The notes under the pieces: model-generated
What the model saw: only the letters and a program-made list of their open reading frames with translations
The model's database searches: none
Told to the model about the DNA's origin: nothing
Translations under genes and position numbers: made by a program
In this document: positions 1-8,610 of the stretch, one piece after another
Numbering within the stretch: the stretch's first letter is position 1
Layout: the number at the start of each line of letters is the position of its first letter
Assembly: GCA_026003215.1 (NCBI GenBank)
Contig: BPGV01000001.1
Span: 1,178,466 to 1,242,465 of the forward strand
Origin: Bacteroidia bacterium
GTDB lineage: Bacteria > Bacteroidota > Bacteroidia > SpSt-205
Length of the DNA: 64,000 nucleotides
Direction of reading: 5' to 3'

Positions 1-2
1 TC

Positions 3-866
3 TTATATGAACTCCACCGGCGTAGCTGTCCTACTTACCTTTTAGCTGCGCACGTAGAACCCCTTCGAGGCCTGCGGTGGTGGTGGCGTAGGCAGCTCCT
101 ACCCTACTTAAACCACATTTTCGTACAAACCCCTGCAGACCAGGTACGGCTCAGCACGGAAGGGTTTATTCGGGTGACAATGGCCGGGGATAGCCGCCTT
201 ATCCGCGTGCGCCAACTCGTAGAAAACTGGCTTCCCGTCTCCGGCATAGCTGAATGGATAGGAGACCATTTCTGCATCATCGCCGGCAGCATCTGGGAAC
301 CCGACGCGCGATTCTTAGCTAAAGCCTACGAACACTTGCGGGGATTTCAAATCCGCTGGATCCTCGTGCCACACGAGGTAAATCCCCGTTCCATAGAAAC
401 CCTCCATCGTCTCTGGCCCGTGCGCTGTGCTACTTACACCCGACCCGAATGGCCCTCAGAGCGCGACACGCTTATCATAGACACCTTGGGGCTTTTAGCT
501 TACCTGTATAGTTATGGGCATGTGGCCTGGGTAGGGGGGGGCTTTGGTAAAGGCATACATAACATCTTAGAAGCCGTGGCCTATAAAAAACCGGTATTTT
601 TCGGCCCTAACTTCCAAGACTTCCCCGAAGCCAAAGAACTCATTAAAAGCGGAGTAGCTGAAACCTGTAGATATCCCGTAAGTTTCGCGAACTCTGTCAA
701 AAGCCTAATAAAAGATCGCCGTCGTCTCCAGATTATTGCCGAGAAAGCCGAAGCTTACCTAAGTAATAAACCTGACACACCCCGGATTGTATGGGAGCTG
801 CTCCAAAAAGAAGCGTGGGTTCAGAGGCTCCTTCAGCCGGATAGACCCGGTACGCCATTAGGGTGA
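3..866 (+). CDS. kdtA: 3-deoxy-D-manno-octulosonic acid (Kdo) transferase, 5'-truncated by window edge
   Basis: Frame is open from position 3 (LYELHRR...HIFVQ...AGDSR). Motifs AGSIW, ILVPHE, IIDTLGLLAYLY and VGGGFGKGIHNILEA..KPVFFGP are typical of Bacteroidota WaaA. Confidence 0.88.
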   Translation, partial: LYELHRRSCPTYLLAAHVEPLRGLRWWWRRQLLPYLNHIFVQTPADQVRLSTEGFIRVTMAGDSRLIRVRQLVENWLPVSGIAEWIGDHFCIIAGSIWEPDARFLAKAYEHLRGFQIRWILVPHEVNPRSIETLHRLWPVRCATYTRPEWPSERDTLIIDTLGLLAYLYSYGHVAWVGGGFGKGIHNILEAVAYKKPVFFGPNFQDFPEAKELIKSGVAETCRYPVSFANSVKSLIKDRRRLQIIAEKAEAYLSNKPDTPRIVWELLQKEAWVQRLLQPDRPGTPLG

Positions 867-1939
867 GAAGAAGTACCTGCAGCCAGTAAGACAAAGTCAG
901 CCAATACGAGCGCTGTCATAGCTTCTACAATAGGCACGGCGCGAGGGACTGGGCAGGGATCATGGCGTCCTGCTGCCTGTAAAAGGGTAGGCTCACCGGT
1001 GCGGCGCACAGTACGCTGGGGTTGGCGTAATGTCGCTATCGGCTTAAGAGCCACCCGAAACCATAGCGCTTCTCCCGTGGAAATGCCCCCTAAGACCCCG
1101 CCTGCGTGATTGGTCCCTGGCCGAATGCGCCCCTCCTCCGTCAAAATAAAGGGGTCATTATGCTGGGAACCCCGCATCTCAGCGCTGCTAAACCCCTCCC
1201 CTATCTCAAAGCCCCGAGCCGCATTGATGCTGAGCATAGCATAGGCTAACCGAGCGGAGAGCTTATCATACACCGGCTCGCCCAGGCCTTGGGGCATACC
1301 TTCCACCCTACATGCCACCACACCACCCGTAGTATCCCCTTCTGCCCGAAGCTTCTCTAAATAAGCCTCTATGGCCTGACTGACGGCCAAGTCGGGGCAG
1401 CGCACAGGAGAAGCTTCTACCTCTTCCATGCTTTTAGGCTGATAGGCCGTAGAAAAAGGGCCTATGCCAGCTGTCCATGCCAGAATAGATAGTTTCGGGT
1501 ACCTAAGGCGCAAAAACTGGTAAGCGATAGCGCCGGCAGCTACGCGGGCAGCTGTCTCCCGCGCAGAGCTACGCCCGCCGCCCCGAGGGTCTACATGGCC
1601 ATATTTGAGCTGGTAGGTAAAGTCTGCATGAGAAGGCCGATATACCTCGGCAAGGGAGGCATATTCCTCAGGACGGGCATCTCGGTTTGCTATCCACAGG
1701 GTGAGGGGCGCTCCCGTGGTACGACCTTGGTATAACCCACTGAGGACCTCCACCGTGTCCAGCTCTTGCCGCGGCGAAGTATAAGGCGATTGGCCGGGGC
1801 GCCGCCGCCGCAGGGCCGCTTCTACCTGCGCCAGGTCTATGGGAATATTACCCGGCAGGCCATCTATTACCACTCCTATGCCCGGCCCATGCGACTCCCC
1901 AAAAGTCGTCACCCGTAAGAGCCTACCGAACGTATTCAT
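833..1939 (-). CDS. aroC: chorismate synthase
   Basis: MNTFGRLLRVTTFGESHG, RPSHAD, GGGRSSARETAARVAAGA, GRHDPC motifs. Confidence 0.97.
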   Translation of the reverse strand: MNTFGRLLRVTTFGESHGPGIGVVIDGLPGNIPIDLAQVEAALRRRRPGQSPYTSPRQELDTVEVLSGLYQGRTTGAPLTLWIANRDARPEEYASLAEVYRPSHADFTYQLKYGHVDPRGGGRSSARETAARVAAGAIAYQFLRLRYPKLSILAWTAGIGPFSTAYQPKSMEEVEASPVRCPDLAVSQAIEAYLEKLRAEGDTTGGVVACRVEGMPQGLGEPVYDKLSARLAYAMLSINAARGFEIGEGFSSAEMRGSQHNDPFILTEEGRIRPGTNHAGGVLGGISTGEALWFRVALKPIATLRQPQRTVRRTGEPTLLQAAGRHDPCPVPRAVPIVEAMTALVLADFVLLAAGTSSHPNGVPGLSG

Positions 1940-3362
1940 ACACGCCTATATCAGGCTGACTGTCTCGTACATGCCCCACTCTGTCTGTGACGGGAGACAA
2001 CACGGGGTCGTACCGCCCCGCATCAATGAGCGGGCTCCCCTCCAAGAGCGGATATAACTCCGCGGCCTCGCCCAGACCGGGAGAAGTAAGGTAGAGAGTG
2101 CCGGGACCGGGCAGCGGATCCCCCTGCCGCAAAGCACAATGATCAAACACCCCCGCGAAGCTCCCTCCCCGCAAGTCTTGGGCTATGGCATTTTCCTTGG
2201 TGCTCCAAAAGAGGCTATTCAGCGCAAGAAAATCCATCGGATAGGTGAGCTCACCCTGCGGCAAACTGAGGAAATCTGTCAGTACTAAACTGGTGATACC
2301 CCGCCGCAGGTCGCCTTGGTCATAAATCAAGGCACAGTGCACCAAACGATACTTTCCCCCGCCTACCAGAGCCGCACATGCCTGTCCACACCGATAGACC
2401 AGCGTATTGACGGCATGGAGAATAGGTGCCGCCGGCAGCACCCCACTAAATCCCTGCGCTACAATCCCATAGTTAGCGGCATCGCGGAGAACGCAGCCTT
2501 CCATATAGACCTTTGGGGCAGAAGGGCCCCCCGCCGAGTCTATACGAACCGCAACGCTGGCTTGGGAAATGTACGCATATAGGAGTTTGTTATCGGTACT
2601 GGAGGAGAAGAACCACAGGCCTTGCCACTGGCCGGGGGCCTGCGCATAGTAGGGTTCTAAGCGCCACCCTTGCATATACACGGGAGCCGCTGCCGTGCCC
2701 AATACCTCTAACTGCCCCGCCACATAGATACCCGAGGCAAGCTCCCCTTGCAGAGGACCGCTTTCCCACCGCCGCCCAGAGAAATACAACCGCGTCCCCG
2801 GCAAAATCCGTAACACCGCCGACGGGCCTACATACACGTACCCGTCCACCACTATGGGCTTGTCATTCGGCAGGGACACAATAGCGCTATCTATGCCCAA
2901 GTCCCGATATACATACGCACTTAGGAGAGTAGCACGCAGCGGTACCTGCTGCTGACCGGCTTCCGTCTGGAAAACCAAATAATCTTCCCGGGTCGCATCG
3001 CGAAAAGTTGTGTCCCGTAGAACCAAGAAGGCTTGCATACTATCCCCCTCAGGTAGTAAAAAGGGCGTATAAATAGGCCCTTCTTGGCCATTGAGAATGA
3101 ACCGAAAGGGACTCCACGGCCCGCCAGCCAAAGTCACGGAGAGAATACGCACAGGATACGGGTGCGGATTGTATATCCACAGCCGCTGGGTAGGAGAAAG
3201 CAGCGTAGAAAAGAGCGTATCAAATACGACCGTATCGCGAGAAAAGCGGAGTTCGCCCGGACGAGGGTTGAGGAGCTCGCGCTTACAACTGAGGAGGATA
3301 GCCGCACTTAGCCCAATAAGGACTACCCCGCGTCCCCGCCTGTCAGCTGGTCGCGTGCGCAA
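1923..3362 (-). CDS. conserved Bacteroidota lipoprotein with beta-helix-like region and choice-of-anchor Q-like C-terminus
   Basis: Lipobox ILLSC; LRFSRDTVVFDTLF; PGQWQGLWF; C-terminal SPLIDAG...PDIGVYEY. Start uncertain (TTG 3362; ORF open to 3401). Confidence 0.7.
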   Translation of the reverse strand: MRTRPADRRGRGVVLIGLSAAILLSCKRELLNPRPGELRFSRDTVVFDTLFSTLLSPTQRLWIYNPHPYPVRILSVTLAGGPWSPFRFILNGQEGPIYTPFLLPEGDSMQAFLVLRDTTFRDATREDYLVFQTEAGQQQVPLRATLLSAYVYRDLGIDSAIVSLPNDKPIVVDGYVYVGPSAVLRILPGTRLYFSGRRWESGPLQGELASGIYVAGQLEVLGTAAAPVYMQGWRLEPYYAQAPGQWQGLWFFSSSTDNKLLYAYISQASVAVRIDSAGGPSAPKVYMEGCVLRDAANYGIVAQGFSGVLPAAPILHAVNTLVYRCGQACAALVGGGKYRLVHCALIYDQGDLRRGITSLVLTDFLSLPQGELTYPMDFLALNSLFWSTKENAIAQDLRGGSFAGVFDHCALRQGDPLPGPGTLYLTSPGLGEAAELYPLLEGSPLIDAGRYDPVLSPVTDRVGHVRDSQPDIGVYEYVR

Positions 3363-4050
3363 AAACCTTTTGAAGGAGGTCGGTGACCCGATAGCGCACA
3401 TCCCGCCGAATCTTCGTCTCGTGCTGGCCTACCTTGAGAAATAGGCCAAAGAGGGCCCTATCGGTGACATACGCCGCTAAGTCGCGGTTTTCTAAGGGAG
3501 TCAAGGTGGTAGGAAGGCTATTGTAGGTATCCACAATATACTCCCACGCTTGCTGGGCGCCTACGCTTTCCATGGCCGCTTGGATTTTGGGTTTATACCG
3601 CACGTACAGGCTATCCCGGGTTTTTCCTTCGAGGTAGCGGGTAGCGGCTACGCTATCGCCTTTAAGGATACGCATACCCTCGGTGATAGTGAGCGCTGTA
3701 ATAGCATCCCAGAAGATAGGTTTGGCCTCGGCAGCGGCTTCTTCGGCGGCACGATTCATCTTGATAACTAAATCCTGAATGAGCTGGGCCCCCCCCGGCA
3801 AGGCCTCAATAGCCACCTTAACTTTCCAAGCCTCCTCCGGGAAAAGGATGCGAATGAGCGTATCGCCGTAGTAGCCATCTATGCGATTGAGATACCGCAC
3901 AGTGGTGTCGGTGCCGACACGCAGGGCTTCTTTGAGGCCGGCCACGATCTCTTCTTCGGTGAGGCCCTGACCTTCGGGTAGTTGGAGTTTATCACAACTG
4001 GTCCCTATCCACAGTAGGGCCGCAAGCCCAAGTATATGCAAGGGTTTCAT
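3343..4050 (-). CDS. DUF4197 family lipoprotein
   Basis: EIVAGLKEALRVG, MNRAAEEAA..AKPIF..AI, AATRYL, YVTDRALFGLF..V...E..IR. Confidence 0.9.
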   Translation of the reverse strand: MKPLHILGLAALLWIGTSCDKLQLPEGQGLTEEEIVAGLKEALRVGTDTTVRYLNRIDGYYGDTLIRILFPEEAWKVKVAIEALPGGAQLIQDLVIKMNRAAEEAAAEAKPIFWDAITALTITEGMRILKGDSVAATRYLEGKTRDSLYVRYKPKIQAAMESVGAQQAWEYIVDTYNSLPTTLTPLENRDLAAYVTDRALFGLFLKVGQHETKIRRDVRYRVTDLLQKVFAHATS

Positions 4051-4052
4051 AG

Positions 4053-4292
4053 TTACTCCGGCAAAACTTCTACGGCTTCCAGGGAGGGAAAGTGCCTTTT
4101 GAGAGGCTCCAGTACGCCAAGGCGTACAGTGGTGGGGTTGAGGTCACAGGTACGGCAACTGCCCAAGAGCCGAATATAGAGGGTCTTCCCGTCAGGACTG
4201 AGGCGTACGAGTTCTACATCGCCTCCATCGGAAGCGAGATATTCCCGGATAGGCCCCAGATGGGCCGCTATGGCCTCCAGGGTAACCTTCAT
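4053..4292 (-). CDS. NifU/NfuA-family Fe-S scaffold protein
   Basis: IREYLASDGGDVELV and LLGSCRTC (CxxC). Confidence 0.9.
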   Translation of the reverse strand: MKVTLEAIAAHLGPIREYLASDGGDVELVRLSPDGKTLYIRLLGSCRTCDLNPTTVRLGVLEPLKRHFPSLEAVEVLPE

Positions 4293-5365
4293 ACCGAAGC
4301 CGTAGCAAAAACCGTGCGAGCTACGCTGCGCACCAGTTCCGCTGCAATCTGCTGGAAAGCCTCGGCCATGGGGGTTCCTTCTTCCAGCGTTGGGGGGAAA
4401 CCCTTGTCGCTACGCTGAACCACCTCTTCTAACAGAGGTACCTCGCCTAAGAAAGGTACGCCGTACTTCTCCGCTAACATACGCCCTCCGCCCTGGCCAA
4501 AGAGATAAAACTTGCGTTCAGGCAGCTCCGGCGTCCAGAAGTAGGCCATATTCTCTATGATGCCGACGATAGGCACCTGCACCAAGGGCATGCGAAACAT
4601 AGTGAGGGCTTTTTCGGCATCGGCTACGGCAACCTTTTGTGGGGTAGTCACGATGAGGGCCCCCTGCGGCCGGAACTGCTGCGCCAACGTCAGCTGAATA
4701 TCCCCCGTGCCTGGCGGAAGGTCCACAATCAGATAATCCAGCGCCGGCCAGTCCGTTTCCGTAAGAAGCTGCCGCAACGTATTAGAAGCCATCGGCCCAC
4801 GCCACGGCGTAGCCTGCTCGGCAGGCACCAAAAAGCCTAACGACATCACATGCACCCCGTATTTGGGGATGGGCACCAGCCAAGGCCGCCCTTCTTTCTC
4901 CCGAACCGCGGGCTTAGCTTGGCTGAGCCCCATAAGAATAGGCACACTCGGCCCATAGATATCGGCATCGAGGAGTCCCACCGCCGCCCCAGCCCGCGCT
5001 AAGGCAATAGCCAAGTTAGTGGCAATGGTAGATTTCCCTACGCCGCCTTTGCCGGAACCCACCAAGAGGAGGTGCTTCACTTGAGGCAAGGAAGCCCCCT
5101 GTACCCCCCCCGTAGAGGCCGCAAACTGCACCGCCGCTTGCCACTGGGGACCTAAGGCCTCCTGGAGGGTCTTATTTATCTGGGCTTCAAAGTACCCTTT
5201 AAGTGGACAAGCCGGCGTGGTGAGCTGCAACACCAAAGACACCTCCTGCTTTTCGGCATTCCAAGCGAGCCCCTTGACCATGCCGGCATCCACAATATTC
5301 TGACGCAGGTCAGGGTCTATTACGCCTCGCAACGCTGCGTATATCTTCTCTTCAACGCCCTGCAT
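4289..5365 (-). CDS. mrp: Mrp/NBP35 (ApbC) Fe-S cluster carrier ATPase
   Basis: N-terminal VIDPDL...LTTPACP; Walker A SGKGGVGKST; DADIYGPS; WRGPM; DLPPGTGD; ENM. Confidence 0.95.
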   Translation of the reverse strand: MQGVEEKIYAALRGVIDPDLRQNIVDAGMVKGLAWNAEKQEVSLVLQLTTPACPLKGYFEAQINKTLQEALGPQWQAAVQFAASTGGVQGASLPQVKHLLLVGSGKGGVGKSTIATNLAIALARAGAAVGLLDADIYGPSVPILMGLSQAKPAVREKEGRPWLVPIPKYGVHVMSLGFLVPAEQATPWRGPMASNTLRQLLTETDWPALDYLIVDLPPGTGDIQLTLAQQFRPQGALIVTTPQKVAVADAEKALTMFRMPLVQVPIVGIIENMAYFWTPELPERKFYLFGQGGGRMLAEKYGVPFLGEVPLLEEVVQRSDKGFPPTLEEGTPMAEAFQQIAAELVRSVARTVFATASV

Positions 5366-5388
5366 GTATAACCCAAACAAATATCGCC

Positions 5389-6273
5389 TTACTCCTCCTC
5401 TTCTTTGTCTTTTTTAGACTTTTTACGCTCCTTTTTATCGGGCTTAGGGGGTTCTTGGGGAGCGGGAGCTGTTTTTTGGGTTTCTTCTTGTGGGGCTACG
5501 TCGGCTTTTTCTTTCTTTTTGCGTTCCTTTTTGGGTTCAGCGGCTGGGGCAGCGGGGATAGGGGAAGGCGCGCTTTCGGACTTAGGCTTCACATACCCAA
5601 AGCCTAAGGAGAAACGAAGGTAGCCGCCACTCAGTTGTGCGGGATTGACGCCGGCGGGATCGGGTCCCTCCGAAGCCTTCCAGCTTCCCTTGGAGGGCGC
5701 AAATACGGCGCCTAAGTCGGCCCCCCATACTAATGTCACGCCTTCGCCTCGTTTGAGGCGCCGCAGCCCTAAGCCTACTTCCACCAGCCCTAAGTTGCTG
5801 GAAAAAGTACGCTTTTCCAGCGGACGCAACTGCTGGTTGGTCCCAAAGTATATGGGTTCGGTAAAGTAGTTGGTATAGCGCACCTCGTAGGTGCCCACTT
5901 GATAGCCTATATACGGGTAAAACAGCCAGAGGTTTTTATTGATAGCGGCGAAGCCGAGTTGGCCGCCATAATGGAGGGCATATGGCCGGGCTAACCCCCG
6001 CTCGGTTTCAGAAGCATCGTAATGCTGGAGCTGGAGGGTGCCCGCCACAAGAAAGCGTTTGGCTATAAGCAGGTCCAGGTTAGCGCCGGCGGTGGTGGCC
6101 CAAGGCACCATTTTGAGGTCTTTACCTAAGGCGTTAGGGGCTTTGAGATCATTCTGGAGCTTACCGAAAAAGCCCAGCCCGACCCCACTATGCGCACGCA
6201 GGAGGAGGCCAAAGTTTACGGGTTCTTCTTGCGCCCAGAGGAGCGCCCCTAAGAGAAGCACGCACTTGCGCAT
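5389..6273 (-). CDS. hypothetical exported protein, probable beta-barrel with Pro/Lys/Glu-rich tail
   Basis: Signal peptide MRKCVLLLGALLWAQ; amphipathic strands ending RFSLGFGY; low-complexity tail. TACCTTTG lies 4 nt before ATG 6273. Confidence 0.65.
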   Translation of the reverse strand: MRKCVLLLGALLWAQEEPVNFGLLLRAHSGVGLGFFGKLQNDLKAPNALGKDLKMVPWATTAGANLDLLIAKRFLVAGTLQLQHYDASETERGLARPYALHYGGQLGFAAINKNLWLFYPYIGYQVGTYEVRYTNYFTEPIYFGTNQQLRPLEKRTFSSNLGLVEVGLGLRRLKRGEGVTLVWGADLGAVFAPSKGSWKASEGPDPAGVNPAQLSGGYLRFSLGFGYVKPKSESAPSPIPAAPAAEPKKERKKKEKADVAPQEETQKTAPAPQEPPKPDKKERKKSKKDKEEEE

Positions 6274-6302
6274 CAGACAAAGGTAAGCAAAAACTTTACC
6301 GC

Positions 6303-7453
6303 TCACTCTACACTCAAGGGAATATGTATGCTTTCTCTTTTTACCTGCATGTACATCTCTATCCATGCCACAACCCTAGAACCTAACTCAGTTAGCACCA
6401 CTCTATCATAGGCGCTTGCCAAATATATCCTATGAATAAGCCCCAGTTCCTCACACCAACTGGACGTAAATCTGATAAACTTACAAAATACGCTCCACTT
6501 ATACCTCTTCTTAAGCAGTGTAAGTCCCAACATCCAATAACTATATTCCATAGTATCCGGAGGCGGGCTTGGCCTATTAGCAGGAACGGCTCGAGGAATC
6601 CATTCCCCGTTCGTAAGCCGACAAAAAAGCAGAAATAAGTAAATGTTCGACTTAAGGCCAGTAATCGTACCATTCAGCAACACCTCTAGGAGTATTCGCT
6701 TCTGCTCCAAACTCAATTCCTGTTCTCTAGAAGGAAGCATAGGCAAAGCAGCTTGCATAAATCTTCTACCATAATCGGTCAATATATAGCGAGATCCTTC
6801 TTTGGCAGTGAGTTCAAACTCCCTTGAAAGTGTATAGTATACCCTAAAATTTGTACCTATAGACGAAAACCTTCTGGCCGGGGGTGGAGCCTCCAAAAAG
6901 TCGTTTTCACTAAGTAATCTCTGTCATAAACCCTAAATATGTTGGTTATCCTATTTAACCATCTCAGATGTGTGATATCCATAGCCTTAGACGGTTCGAG
7001 TATAAGACCGACATGCCTCTCCAATTCTTCAACTTGTTTATGATACATAAGAATCACTTTATCGTAGCTATACTCCACCAGCTTAATATTTCTAAGCTTA
7101 GTAAAATGCAAACGAATTTTTTCTATGAGTTTAGGATACGAAACATCTGAATATAGAATAACTATGTCACGTTCATAATGCGGATTCAAGGATATTTTTG
7201 CATAGCGCTCGACTTGGGTAATCACAAAGGTAGCTTGTTGTACGCTACGTATGGCCACTTCAAGCTCAACAATAATGTACTTTTTCGATTCTACATCTTC
7301 TAAAATAAAATCTACTACACCGTGCTTTGTTCTATACTGCTCTGCAAAAGTTACGAGTTTTGGTGAGCAACCTAATGGTCTTAATAAGTTCGTGAGATAT
7401 GACCGTTCTCTAAGAAGAGTCCACTGAATGAGACGCTCGGAAAGGAAGCTCAT
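6303..7453 (-). pseudogene. frameshift-split NucS/Mrr-like PD-(D/E)xK nuclease with C-terminal winged-helix-like domains (ORFs 6857-7453 and 6303-6896)
   Basis: N-half has EQYRTKHGVVDFILED..YIIVELE..TQVERY. C-half has wH wing motifs YILTDYG and EELGLI..VLTELG. Frames overlap at 6860-6923 and one added base gives a 383-aa ORF. AT-rich. Confidence 0.65.
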
Positions 7454-7959
7454 GGAATGAAATTAGTGAACCTATCAGCCTCTTCTAAAAGAGGACGCAA
7501 TGCTTCGTCATGGAGCTTCTTTTGGTAAGCTTCCAGGCGCTCTTGCAGAGGGGGTTCTTGGAGGGCCAGGATGCGCACCGCCAAAAGCGCCGCATTCGCC
7601 GCATTGTCTATCGCCACGGTGGCCACAGGTACCCCTTTCGGCATCTGCACAATAGATAACAGCGAGTCCAAGCCCTGAAATGACTGGCTGGAGCGGATAG
7701 GCACCCCTATCACTGGCAGCGTAGTGAGGGAAGCGAGCATGCCAGGGAGATGCGCAGCCCCCCCCGCCCCCGCAATAAGCACCCGCAAGCCCCGGGCCAC
7801 AGCCCCCTTACCATACGCCCACAGCCGATCCGGCGTACGATGCGCCGACACAATCGTAAACTCATAGGGCACCCCAAACTCTTCCAGCACCGTGCGCGCC
7901 CCTTCCATGACCGCCGCATCGCTCGCACTGCCCATGACGATACCCACCCATGGCTTCAT
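7450..7959 (-). CDS. purE: N5-carboxyaminoimidazole ribonucleotide mutase
   Basis: [46 protein letters not shown]. Confidence 0.97.
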   Translation of the reverse strand: MKPWVGIVMGSASDAAVMEGARTVLEEFGVPYEFTIVSAHRTPDRLWAYGKGAVARGLRVLIAGAGGAAHLPGMLASLTTLPVIGVPIRSSQSFQGLDSLLSIVQMPKGVPVATVAIDNAANAALLAVRILALQEPPLQERLEAYQKKLHDEALRPLLEEADRFTNFIP

Positions 7960-7997
7960 GGAGGGCAAGGTACAAAAAGAGCACCGTGCCGCGTATG

Positions 7998-8513
7998 CTA
8001 TTGAAGCGGTATAGAAAAGCGTTCAGAAGTACGCCTAAGCACCCCTTCCTGTTCTATCGAGCCTTTCTTCTCCCCTACCCGAAACTTCATCAACAACTCA
8101 TACTTCATCTCTCCCGCCGAACGTAGCTTCCCTTCCATCTTAAAGTCTGTAAGCTCCACGTCTCCTTTCGCCAAAAGCCCCAGAAATCCTATAATCATCG
8201 CAAATCGCTCCTTCGTCTCCTCCTCTACATGGAAGCGGCGCCCCCGAATATTCGCCGGCATGGGTAAGTCGTTATAAAAAACTAATAGGGGCCTTTCTTC
8301 TTTCCCCTTCTCCTTTTCCTCATCTAAGGGGTTGGGCATTATGGAAAGCTTTATTTGCTTCTTTGCGGTTTCTTTCGTGCCGTCTGGCTTTTGCGTAGTC
8401 ACTTCAACCTCGCCCTCCCATGTGCCAGCAAACTCTATCGGCTCTGCCCTCCTTTCCAATAACGTACATCCCCAAAGGGATACACCTAAACCCCATACTA
8501 ATAAGTACCGCAT
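7998..8513 (-). CDS. hypothetical lipoprotein
   Basis: [16 protein letters not shown] lipobox; FAGTWEG; paralogous to the C-terminal part of 8611-9735. Confidence 0.65.
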   Translation of the reverse strand: MRYLLVWGLGVSLWGCTLLERRAEPIEFAGTWEGEVEVTTQKPDGTKETAKKQIKLSIMPNPLDEEKEKGKEERPLLVFYNDLPMPANIRGRRFHVEEETKERFAMIIGFLGLLAKGDVELTDFKMEGKLRSAGEMKYELLMKFRVGEKKGSIEQEGVLRRTSERFSIPLQ

Positions 8514-8610
8514 AGACCAAAGGTAGAAAAACCTTTCGCTATTATACACTACGAGAACTCCCTTCTATCCACAGTCATGCATACTAAACTCCCTACGCCT
8601 ACACCTCCGA

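Noticed and set aside
6290-7520. AT-rich insert as an IS or transposon
   Set aside because: I found no transposase motifs, terminal inverted repeats or target duplication by eye.
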